DNA of 64,000 bases from the human T2T-CHM13v2.0 reference genome, Homo sapiens: assembly GCF_009914755.1 (NCBI RefSeq), contig NC_060946.1. One strand, 5' to 3'. Both the position numbers and the translations under genes were made by a program. How positions within the stretch are numbered: the first letter of the stretch is position 1; the number at the start of each line of letters is the position of its first letter. The notes below the pieces were generated by a model. The model was not told the DNA's origin, made no database searches, and saw only the letters and a program-made list of their open reading frames with translations. Below, piece after piece: positions 52,701 to 64,000 of the stretch.

Positions 52701-54327
52701 TGCTTCTGTCTAGATTTTATAGGAAGATATTCCCATTTCCAACGAAATCTTCACAGCTATCCAAATATCCACTTGCAGATTCTACAAAAAGAGTGTATCA
52801 AAACTGCTCTGTCAAAAGGAAGGTTCTTCTCTGTTAGGTGAGTGCATACGTCATAAAGGAGTTTCTGAGAATGTTTCTGTCTAGTGGTTATGGGAAGATA
52901 TTTGCTTTTTCACCGTAGGCCTCAGAGCGCTCCAAATATCCACTTGCACATACTACAAAAAGAGTGCTTCAAAGCTGCTCTCTGAAACGGAATGTTCAAA
53001 TCTATGAGTTGAATGCAAACATCACAAAGACGTTTCTGAGAATGCTTCTGTCTAGATTTGATATGAAGTTATTCCCGTTTCCAACGAAATCTTCAAATCT
53101 ATCCAAATGTCCACTTGCAGATTCAACAAAAAGTGTTTTTCAGAACTGCTCTATCAAAAGAAAGATCCACCTCTGTTAGCTGAGTTCACACATCACAAAC
53201 AAGTTTATGAGAATGCTTCTGTCTAGTTATTATTTGAAGATATTTCCTTTCTCACCATAGACCTGAAAGCTGTCCTAATGTTCACTTCCAGATACTACAG
53301 AAAGAGTGTTTCAAAACTGCTGTACGAAAGGGAATGTTCAACTCTGTGACTTGAATGCACACATCACAAAGAAGTTTCTGAGGATGCTGCTGACTACTTT
53401 TTATACGTAATCCCGTTTCCAACGAAATCCTCCAAACTATCCAAATATCCACTTGCAGATTCCACAGAAAGACTGTTTCAAAACTGCTCTGTCAATAGAA
53501 AGGTTCAACTCTGTTAGCTGCGTGCATATATCCCAAAGAAGATTCTGAGATTGCTTCTGTCTAGTTTTTATGGGAAGATATTTCCCTTTTCACCGTAGGC
53601 ATCAAGGCGCTCCAAATGTCCACTTCCAGATATTACAAAAAGAGTGCTTCAAACCTTGTCTGTGAAAGGGAATATTCAACTCTGTGACTTGAATGCACAT
53701 ATCACAAAGAAGTTTCTGAGAATGCTTCTGTCGAGATTTTATATGAAGATATTCCCGTTTCCAACGAAATCCTGAAATGTATCCAAATATCCCCTCGCAG
53801 ATTCTACAAAAAGAGTGTTTCAAAACTGCTCTGTAAAAAGAAAGGTTCAACTCTGTTAGTTGAGTACACACATCACAAACAAGTTTCACAGAATGCTTCT
53901 TTCTAGCTTGTAGGGGAAGATATTCCCTTTATCACCATGGGCCTCAAACCGTCCGAAACGTCCACTTCCATATACTACAAAAAGAGCGTTTCAAACCTGC
54001 TCTAGGAAAGGCAATGTTCAACTCTGTGACTTGAATGCAGACATCACAGAGCAGTTTCTGAGAATGCTTCTGTCTAGATTTTATAGGAAGATATTCCCGT
54101 TTCCAACGAAATCTTCACAGCTATCCCAACATCCACTTGCAGATTCTACAAAAAGAGTGTATCAAAACTGCTCTGTCAAAAGGAAGGTTCTTCTCTGTTA
54201 GGTGAGTGCATACGTCATAAAGGAGTTTCTGAGAATGTTTCTGTCTAGTGGTTATGGGAAGATATTTGCTTTTTCACCGTAGGCCTCAGAGCGCTCCAAA
54301 TATCCACTTGCACATACTACAAAAAGA

Positions 54328-55349
54328 GTGCCTCAAAGCTGCTCTCTGAATCGGAATGTTCAACTCTATGAGTTGAATGCAAACATCACAACGACGTTTC
54401 TGAGAATGCTTCTGTCTAGATTTGATATGAAGATATTCCCGTTACCAACGAAATCTTCAAATCTATCCAAATGTCCACTTGCAGATTCAACAAAAAGTGT
54501 TTTTCAGAACTGCTCTATCAAAAGAAAGATCCACCTCTGTTAGCTGAGTTCACACATCACAAACAAGTTTATGAGAATGCTTCTGTCTAGTTTTTATTTG
54601 AAGATATTTCCTTTCTCACCATAGACCTGAAAGCTGTCCTAATGTTCACTTCCAGATACTACAGAAAGAGTGTTTCAAAACTGCTGTACGAAAGGGAATG
54701 TTCAACTCTGTGACTTGAATGCACACATCACAAAGAAGTTTCTGAGGATGCTGCTGTCTACTTTTTATACGTAATCCCGTTTCCAACGAAATCCTCCAAT
54801 CTATCCAAATATCCACTTGCAGATTGCACAGAAAGACTGTTTCAAAACTGCTCTGTCAATAGAAAGGTTCAACTCTGTTAGCTGCGTGCAGATATCCCAA
54901 GGAAGATTCTGAGATTGCTTCTGTCTAGTTTTTATGGGAAGATATTTCCCTTTTCACCTTAGGCGTCAAGGCGCTCCAAATGTCCACTTCCAGATACTAC
55001 AAAAAGAGTGTTTCAAACCTACTCTGTGAAAGGGAATATTCAACTCTGTGACTTGAATGCAGATATCACAAAGAAGTTTCTGAGAATGCTTCTGTCGAGA
55101 TTTTATATGAAGATATTCCCGTTTCCAACGAAATCCTGAAATCTCTCCAAATATCCCCTCGCAGATTCTACAAAAAGAGTGTATCAAAACTGCTCTGTCA
55201 AAAGGTAGGTTCTTCTCTGTTAGGTGAGTGCATACGTCATAAAGGAGTTTCTGAGAATGTTTCTGTCTAGTGGTTATGGGAAGATATTTGCTTTTTCACC
55301 GTAGGCCTCAGAGCGCTCCAAATATCCACTTGCACATACTACAAAAAGA
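54328..55349 (-). repeat. 6-mer HOR structural variant (1022 bp)
   Basis: Landmark spacing 54328->55350; junction at 55161-55182. Confidence 0.95.
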
Positions 55350-58300
55350 GTGCCTCAAAGCTGCTCTCTGAAACGGAATGTTCAACTCTATGAGTTGAAT
55401 GCAAACATCACAAAGACGTTTCTGAGAATGCTTCTGTCTAGATTTGATATGAAGATATTCCCGTTTCCAACGAAATCTTCAAATCTATCCAAATGTCCAC
55501 TTGCAGATTCAACAAAAAGTGTTTTTCAGAACTGCTCTATCAAAAGAAAGATCCACCTCTGTTAGCTGAGTTCACACATCACAAACAAGTTTATGAGAAT
55601 GCTTCTGTCTAGTTTTTATTTGAAGATATTTCCTTTCTCACCATAGACCTGAAAGCTGTCCTAATGTTCACTTCCAGATACTACAGAAAGAGTGTTTTAA
55701 AACTGCTGTACGAAAGGGAATGTTCAACTCTGTGACTTGAATGCACACATCACAAAGAAGTTTCTGAGGATGCTGCTGTCTACTTTTTATACGTAATCCC
55801 GTTTCCAACGAAATCCTCCAAGCTATCCAAATATCCACTTGCAGATTCCACAGAAAGACTGTTTCAAAACAGCTCTGTCAATAGAAAGGTTCAACTCTGT
55901 TAGCTGCGTGCATATATCCCAAAGAAGATTCTGAGATTGCTTCTGTCTAGTTTTTATGGGAAGATATTTCCCTTTTCACCGTAGGCGTCAAGGCGCTCCA
56001 AATGTCCACTTCCAGATACTACAAAAAGAGTGTTTCAAACCTACTCTGTGAAAGGGAATATTCAACTCTGTGACTTGAATGCAGATATCACAAAGAAGTT
56101 TCTGAGAATGCTTCTGTCGAGATTTTATATGAAGATATTCCCGTTTCCAACGAAATCCTGAAATCTCTCCAAATATCCCCTCGCAGATTCTACAAAAAGA
56201 GTGTTTCAAAACTGCTCTGTAAAAAGAAAGGTTCAACTCTGTTAGTTGAGTACACACATCACAAACAAGTTTCACAGAATGCTTCTTTCTAGCTTGTAGG
56301 GGAAGATATTCCCTTTATCACCATGGGCCTCAAACCGTCCGAAACGTCCACTTCCATATACTACAAAAAGAGCGTTTCAAACCTGCTCTAGGAAAGGCAA
56401 TGTTCAACTCTGTGACTTGAATGCAGACATCACAGAGCAGTTTCTGAGAATGCTTCTGTCTAGATTTTATAGGAAGATATTCCCGTTTCCAACGAAATCT
56501 TCACAGCTATCCCAATATCCACTTGCAGATTCTACAAAAAGAGTGTATCAAAACTGCTCTGTCAAAAGGAAGGTTCTTCTCTGTTAGGTGAGTGCATACG
56601 TCATAAAGGAGTTTCTGAGAATGTTTCTGTCTAGTGGTTATGGGAAGATATTTGCTTTTTCACCGTAGGCCTCAGAGCGCTCCAAATATCCACTTGCACA
56701 TACTACAAAAAGAGTGCCTCAAAGCTGCTCTCTGAATCGGAATGTTCAACTCTATGAGTTGAATGCAAACATCACAACGACGTTTCTGAGAATGCTTCTG
56801 TCTAGATTTGATATGAAGATATTCCCGTTACCAACGAAATCTTCAAATATATCCAAATGTCCACTTGCAGATTCAACAAAAAGTGTTTTTCAGAACTGCT
56901 CTATCAAAAGAAAGATCCACCTCTGTTAGCTGAGTTCACACATCACAAACAAGTTTATGAGAATGCTTCTGTCTAGTTTTTATTTGAAGATATTTCCTTT
57001 CTCACCATAGACCTGAAAACTGTCCTAATGTTCACTTGCAGATACTACAGAAAGAGAGTTTCAAAACTGCTGTACGAAAGGGAATGTTCAACTCTGTGAC
57101 TTGAATGCACACATCACAAAGAAGTTTCTGAGGATGCTGCTGTCTACTTTTTATACGTAATCCCGTTTCCAACGAAATCCTCCAAGCTATCCAAATATCC
57201 ACTTGCAGATTCCACAGAAAGACTGTTTCAAAACTGCTCTGTCAATAGAAAGGTTCAACTCTGTTAGCTGCGTGCATATATCCCAAAGAAGATTCTGAGA
57301 TTGCTTCTGTCTAGTTTTTATGGAAGATATTTCCCTTTTCACCGTAGGCGTCAAGGCGCTCCAAATGTCCACTTCCAGATACTACAAAAAGAGTGTTTCA
57401 AACCTACTCTGTGAAAGGGAATATTCAACTCTGTGACTTGAATGCAGATATCACAAAGAAGTTTCTGAGAATGCTTCTGTCGAGATTTTATATGAAGATA
57501 TTCCCGTTTCCAACGAAATCCTGTAATCTATCCAAATATCCCCTCGCAGATTCTACAAAAAGAGTGTTTCAAAACTGCTCTGTAAAAAGAAAGGTTCAAC
57601 TCTGTTAGTTGAGTACACACATCACAAACAAGTTTCACAGAATGCTTCTTTCTAGCTTGTAGGGGAAGATATTCCCTTTATCACCATGGGCCTCCAACCG
57701 TCCGAAACTTCCACTTCCATATACTACAAAAAGAGCGTTTCAAACCTGCTCTATGAAAGGCAATGTTCAACTCTGTGACTTGAATGCAGACATCACAGAG
57801 CAGTTTCTGAGAATGCTTCTGTCTAGATTTTATAGGAAGATATTCCCGTTTCCAACGAAATCTTCACAGCTATCCAAATATCCACTTGCAGATTCTACAA
57901 AAAGAGTGTATCAAAACTGCTCTGTCAAAAGGAAGGTTCTTCTCTGTTAGGTGAGTGCATACGTCATAAAGGAGTTTCTGAGAATGTTTCCGTCTAGTGG
58001 TTATGGGAAGATATTTGCTTTTTCACCGAAGGCCTCAGAGCGCTCCAAATATCCACTTGCACATACTACAAAAAGAGTGCCTCAAAGCTGCTCTCTGAAA
58101 CGGAATGTTCAACTCTATGAGTTGAATGCAAACATCGCAAAGACGTTTCTGAGAATGCTTCTGTCTAGATTTGATATGAAAATATTCCCGTTTCCAACGA
58201 AATCTTCAAATCTATCCAAATGTCCACTTGCAGATTCAACAAAAAGTGTTTTTCAGAACTGCTCTATCAAAAGAAAGATCCACCTCTGTTAGCTGAGTTC

Positions 58301-61300
58301 ACACATCACAAACAAGTTTATGAGAATGCTTCTGTCTAGTTTTTATTTGAAGATATTTCCTTTCTCACCATAGACCTGAAAGCTGTCCTAATGTTCACTT
58401 CCAGATACTACAGAAAGAGTGTTTCAAAACTGCTGTACGAAAGGGAATGTTCAACTCTGTGACTTGAATGCACACATCACAAAGAAGTTTCTGAGGATGC
58501 TGCTGTCTTCTTTTTATACGTAATCACGTTTCCAACGAAATCCTCCAAGCTATCCAAATATCCACTTGCAGATTCCACAGAAAGACTGTTTCAAAACTGC
58601 TCTGTCAATAGAAAGGTTCAACTCTGTTAGCTGCGTGCATATATCCCAAAGAAGATTCTGAGATTGCTTCTGTCTAGTTTTTATGGGAAGATATTTCCCT
58701 TTTCACCGTAGGCGTCAAGGCGCTCCAAATGTCCACTTCCAGATACTACAAAAAGAGTGTTTCAAACCTACTCTGTGAAAGGGAATATTCAACTCTGTGA
58801 CTTGAATGCACATATCACAAAGAAGTTTCTGAGAATGCTTCTGTCGAGATTTTATATGAAGATATTCCCGTTTCCAACGAAATCCTGAAATCTATCCAAA
58901 TATCCCCTCGCAGATTCTACAAAAAGAGTGTTTCAAAACTGCTCTGTAAAAAGAAAGGTTCAACTCTGTTAGTTGAGTACACACATCACAAACAAGTTTC
59001 ACAGAATGCTTCTTTCTAGCTTGTAGGGGAAGATATTCCCTTTATCACCATGGGCCTCCAACCGTCCGAAACGTCCACTTCCATATACTACAAAAAGAGC
59101 GTTTCAAACCTGCTCTAGGAAAGGCAATGTTCAACTCTGTGACTTGAATGCAGACATCACAGAGCAGTTTCTGAGAATGCTTCTGTCTAGATTTTATAGG
59201 AAGATATTCCCGTTTCCAACGAAATCTTCACAGCTATCCCAATATCCACTTGCAGATTCTACAAAAAGAGTGTATCAAAACTGCTCTGTCAAAAGGAAGG
59301 TTCTTCTCTGTTAGGTGAGTGCATACGTCATAAAGGAGTTTCTGAGAATGTTTCTGTCCAGTGGTTATGGGAAGATATTTGCTTTTTCACCGTAGGCCTC
59401 AGAGCGCTCCAAATATCCACTTGCACATACTACAAAAAGAGTGCCTCAAAGCTGCTCTCTGAAACGGAATGTTCAACTCTATGAGTTGAATGCAAACATC
59501 GCAAAGACGTTTCTGAGAATGCTTCTGTCTAGATTTGATATGAAGATATTCCCGTTTCCAACGAAATCTTCAAATCTATCCAAATGTCCACTTGCAGATT
59601 CAACAAAAAGTGTTTTTCAGAACTGTTCTATCAAAAGAAAGATCCACCTCTGTTAGCTGAGTTCACACATCACAAACAAGTTTATGAGAATGCTTCTGTC
59701 TAGTTTTTATTTGAAGATATTTCCTTTCTCACCATAGAGCTGAAAGCTGTCCTAATGTTCACTTCCAGATACTACAGAAAGAGTGTTTCAAAACTGCTGT
59801 ACGAAAGGGAATGTTCAACTCTGTGACTTGAATGCACACATCACAAAGAAGTTTCTGAGGATGCTGCTGTCTACTTTTTATACGTAATCCCGTTTCCAAC
59901 GAAATCCTCCAAGCTATCCAAATATCCACTTGCAGATTCCACAGAAAGACTGTTTCAAAACTGCTCTGTCAATAGAAAGGTTCAACTCTGTTAGCTGCGT
60001 GCATATATCCCAAAGAAGATTCTGAGATTGCTTCTGTCTAGTTTTTATGTGAAGATATTTCCCTTTTCACCGTAGGCGTCAAGGCGCTCCAAATGTCCAC
60101 TTCCAGATACTACAAAAAGAGTGTTTCAAACCTACTCTGTGAAAGGGAATATTCAACTCTGTGACTTGAATGCACATATCACAAAGAAGTTTCTGAGAAT
60201 GCTTCTGTCGAGATTTTATATGAAGATATTCCCGTTTCCAACGAAATCCTGAAATCTATCCAAATATCCCCTCGCAGATTCTACAAAAAGAGTGGTTCAA
60301 AACTGCTCTGTAAAACGAAAGGTTCAACTCTGTTAGTTGAGTACACACATCACAAACAAGTTTCACAGAATGCTTCTTTCTAGCTTGTAGGGGAAGATAT
60401 TCCCTTTATCACCATGGGCCTCAAACCGTCCGAAACGTCCACTTCCATATACTACAAAAAGAGCGTTTCAAACCTGCTCTATGAAAGGCAATGTTGAACT
60501 CTGTGACTTGAATGCAGACATCACAGAGCAGTTTCTGAGAATGCTTCTGTCTAGATTTTATAGGAAGATATTCCCGTTCCAACGAAATCTTCACAGCTAT
60601 CCCAATATCCACTTGCAGATTCTACAAAAAGAGTGTATCAAAACTGCTCTGTCAAAAGGAAGGTTCTTCTCTGTTAGGTGAGTGCATACGTCATAAAGGA
60701 GTTTCTGAGAATGTTTCTGTCTAGTGGTTATGGGAAGATATTTGCTTTTTCACCGAAGGCCTCAGAGCGCTCCAAATATCCACTTGCACATACTACAAAA
60801 AGAGTGCCTCAAAGCTGCTCTCTGAAACGGAATGTTCAACTCTATGAGTTGAATGCAAACATCACAAAGACGTTTCCGAGAATGCTTCTGTCTAGATTTG
60901 ATATGAAGATATTCCCGTTTCCAACGAAATCTTCAAATCTATCCAAATGTCCACTTGCAGATTCAACAAAAAGTGTTTTTCAGAACTGCTCTATCAAAAG
61001 AAAGATCCATCTCTGTTAGCTGAGTTCACACATCACAAACAAGTTTATGAGAATGCTTCTGTCTAGTTTTTATTTGAAGATATTTCCTTTCTCACCATAG
61101 AGCTGAAAGCTGTCCTAATGTTCACTTCCAGATACTACAGAAAGAGTGTTTCAAAACTGCTGTACGAAAGGGAATGTTCAACTCTGTGACTTGAATGCAC
61201 ACATCACAAAGAAGTTTCTGAGGATGCTGCTGTCTACTTTTTATACGTAATCCCGTTTCCAACGAAATCCTCCAAGCTATCCAAATATCCACTTGCAGAT

Positions 61301-64000
61301 TCCACAGAAAGACTGTTTCAAAACTGCTCTGTCAATAGAAAGGTTCAACTCTGTTAACTGCGTGCATATATCCCAAAAAAGATTCTGAGATTGCTTCTGT
61401 CTAGTTTTTATGGGAAGATATTTCCCTTTTCACCGTAGGCGTCAAGGCGCTCCAAATGTCCACTTCCAGATACTACAAAAAGAGTGTTTCAAACCTACTC
61501 TGTGAAAGGGAATATTCAACTCTGTGACTTGAATGCACATATCACAAAGAAGTTTCTGAGAATGCTTCTGTCGAGATTTTATATGAAGATATTCCCGTTT
61601 CCAACGAAATCCTGAAATCTATCCAAATATCCCCTCGCAGATTCTACAAAAAGAGTGTTTCAAAACTGCTCTGTAAAAAGAAAGGTTCAACTCTGTTACT
61701 TGAGTACACACATCACAAACAAGTTTCACAGAATGCTTCTTTCTAGCTTGTAGGGGAAGATATTCCCTTTATCACCATGGGCCTCAAACCGTCCGAAACA
61801 TCCACTTCCATATACTACAAAAAGAGCGTTTCAAACCTGCTCTATGAAAGGCAATGTTCAACTCTGTGACTTGAATGCAGACATCACAGAGCAGTTTCTG
61901 AGAATGCTTCTGTCTAGATTTTATAGGAAGATATTCCCGTTTCCAACGAAATCTTCACAGCTATCCAAATATCCACTTGCAGATTCTACAAAAAGAGTGT
62001 ATCAAAACTGCTCTGTCAAAAGGAAGGTTCTTCTCTGTTAGGTGAGTGCATACGTCATAAAGGAGTTTCTGAGAATGTTTCTGTCTAGTGGTTATGGGAA
62101 GATATTTGCTTTTTCACCGTAGGCCTCAGAGCGCTCCAAATATCCACTTGCACATACTACAAAAAGTGTGCCTCAAAGCTGCTCTCTGAAACGGAATGTT
62201 CAACTCTATGAGTTGAATGCAAACATCACAAAGACGTTTCTGAGAATGCTTCTGTCAAAATTTGATATGAAGATATTCCCGTTTCCAACGAAATCTTCAA
62301 ATCTATCCAAATGTCCACTTGCAGATTCAACAAAAAGTGTTTTTCAGAACTGCTCTATCAAAAGAAAGATCCACCTCTGTTAGCTGAGTTCACACATCAC
62401 AAACAAGTTTATGAGAATGCTTCTGTCTAGTTTTTATTTGAAGATATTTTCTTTCTCACCATAGACCTGAAAGCTGTCCTAATGTTCACTTCCAGATACT
62501 ACAGAAAGAGTGTTTCAAAACTGCTGTACGAAAGGGAATGTTCAACTCTGTGACTTGAATGCACACATCACAAAGAAGTTTCTGAGGATGCTGCTGTCTA
62601 CTTTTTATACGTAATCCCGTTTCCAACGAAATCCTCCAATCTATCCAAATATCCACTTGCAGATTCCACAGAAAGACTGTTTCAAATCTGCTCTGTCAAC
62701 AGAAAGATTCAACTCTGTTAGCTGCGTGCATATATCCCAAAGAAGATTCTGAGATTGCTTCTGTCTAGTTTTTATGGGAAGATATTTCCCTTTTCACCGT
62801 AGGCGTCAAGGCGCTCCAAATGTCCACTTCCAGATACTACAAAAAGAGTGTTTCAAACCTACTCTGTGAAAGGGAATATTCAACTCTGTGACTTGAATGC
62901 ACATATGACAAAGAAGTTTCTGAGAATGCTTCTGTCGAGATTTTATATGAAGATATTACCTTTTCCAACGAAATCCTGAAATCTATCCAAATATCCCCTC
63001 GCAGATTCTACAAAAAGAGTGTTTCAAAACTGCTCTGTAAAAAGAAAGGTTCAACTCTGTTAGTTGAGTACACACATCACAAACAAGTTTCACAGAATGC
63101 TTCTTTCTAGCTTGTAGGGGAAGATATTCCCTTTATCACCATGGGCCTCAAACCGTCCGAAACGTCCACTTCCATATACTACAAAAAGAGCGTTTCAAAC
63201 CTGCTCTAGGAAAGGCAATGTTCAACTCTGTGACTTGAATGCAGACATCACAGAGCAGTTTCTGAGAATGCTTCTGTCTAGATTTTATAGGAATGTATTC
63301 CCGTTTCCAACGAAATCTTCACAGCTATCCAAATATCCACTTGCAGATTCTACAAAAAGAGTGTATCAAAACTGCTCTGTCAAAAGGAAGGTTCTTCTCT
63401 GTTAGTTGAGTACATACGTCATAAAGGAGTTTCTGAGAATGTTTCTGTCTAGTGGTTATGGGAAGATATTTGCTTTTTCACCTTAGGCCTCAGAGCGCTC
63501 CAAATATCCACTTGCACATACTACAAAAAGAGTGCTTCAAAGCTGCTCTCTGAAAGGGAATGTTCAACTCTATGAGTTGAATGCAAACATCACAAAGACG
63601 TTTCTGACAATGCTTCTGTCTAGATTTGATATGAAGATATTCCCGTTTCCAACGAAATCTTCAAATCTATCCAAATGTCCACTTGCAGATTCAACAAAAA
63701 GTGTTTTTCCGAACTGCTCTATCAAAAGAAAGATCCGCCTCTGTTAGCTGAGTTCACACATCACAAACAAGTTTATGAGAATGCTTCTGTCTAGTTTTTA
63801 TTTGAAGATATTTCCTTTCTCACCATAGACCTGAAAGCTGTCCTAATGTTCACTTCCAGATACTACAGAAAGAGTGTTTCAAAACTGCTGTACGAAAGGG
63901 AATGTTCAACTCTGTGACTTGAATGCACACATCACAAAGAAGTTTCTGAGGATGCTGCTGTCTACTTTTTATACATAATCCCGTTTCCAACGAAATCCTC

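Larger units (their letters stand above)
1..64000 (-). repeat. Alpha satellite higher-order repeat array (SF2-type, 8-mer 1364-bp HOR), centromeric
   Basis: Continuous ~171-bp monomers carry alphoid motifs (reverse complements of CATTCTCAGAAAC, GAGTTGAAC and TTTCGTTGGAAACGGGA). Near-identical copies recur every 1364 bp (landmarks 4893, 6257, 7621, 8985, 10349 ...). The array runs off both window ends. Confidence 0.99.
1..64000 (-). other. Probable identity: human chr14/chr22 live alpha-satellite HOR (D14Z9/D22Z1; S2C14/22H1L)
   Basis: It is a dimeric SF2-like 8-mer. Minus-strand motifs GGATTACGTATAAAAAGTAGACAGCAGCATCCTCAG and GGGATATATGCACGCAGCTAAC are ones I recall from acrocentric (13/21, 14/22) alphoid. 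The 8-mer period favours 14/22 over the 13/21 11-mer. This rests on recall, not alignment, and chr14 vs chr22 cannot be resolved. Confidence 0.7.

Noticed and set aside
121-63747. Recurring 61-113 aa ORFs (MPQSCSLKRNVQL..., MKGNVQLCD..., MIHSFCRIC...)
   Set aside because: They are chance open frames in alphoid monomers, mostly with non-ATG starts. They recur at the HOR period, appear or vanish with single SNVs or indels, and show no gene structure. I used them only as haplotype markers.
1-64000. CRISPR-like array (conserved motif at regular spacing)
   Set aside because: The sequences between motifs are themselves repeated rather than unique spacers, the period is 171/342 bp, and there are no cas genes.
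1-64000. Transposable element insertion, inversion or array boundary
   Set aside because: Every landmark interval is 1022 or 1362-1364 bp, leaving no room for an insert. There are no poly-A, L1 or Alu motifs, and all CENP-B boxes are on the same strand.
1-64000. Assignment to SF1 8-mers (chr10 D10Z1, chr12 D12Z3) or the chr13/21 11-mer
   Set aside because: The monomers lack the SF1 motifs I recall (e.g. CAGTAACTTCCTTGTG, AACGATCCTTTACAC), and the period is 8 monomers rather than 11. This is based on recall, not alignment.
1-64000. Claim that this window is the kinetochore / centromere dip region
   Set aside because: That is defined by CENP-A occupancy and hypomethylation, which cannot be read from sequence. 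High homogeneity and box density only indicate a live-type array.

Overview
The whole 64 kb window is one uninterrupted, single-orientation array of primate (most likely human) centromeric alpha satellite. It has ~171-bp monomers in alternating A/B types, with a CENP-B box in every second monomer (read on the - strand). The monomers form a 1364-bp 8-monomer higher-order repeat (HOR) whose four dimers measure 338+342+342+342 bp. A recurring HOR landmark occurs 49 times from 121 to 63532, giving 42 8-mers (1362-1364 bp) and six 1022-bp 6-mer deletion variants. Monomer motifs fit suprachromosomal family 2 (SF2) and, from recall only, the chr14/chr22 live 8-mer (D14Z9/D22Z1). I see no genes, RNA genes, transposons or inversions; all listed ORFs are by-products of the repeat. 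I found no new gene system. The notable signal is the duplication history recorded by rare SNVs and indels: a single-origin 6-mer amplified as a 2386-bp 6+8 super-repeat, a window-scale macro-duplication (~4.9-30 kb vs ~38-64 kb) whose offset shifts in whole-HOR steps, a ~6.8-kb 5-HOR periodicity, local HOR expansions, short candidate conversion tracts, and CENP-B-box-disrupting alleles that have spread. All comparisons were made by eye.
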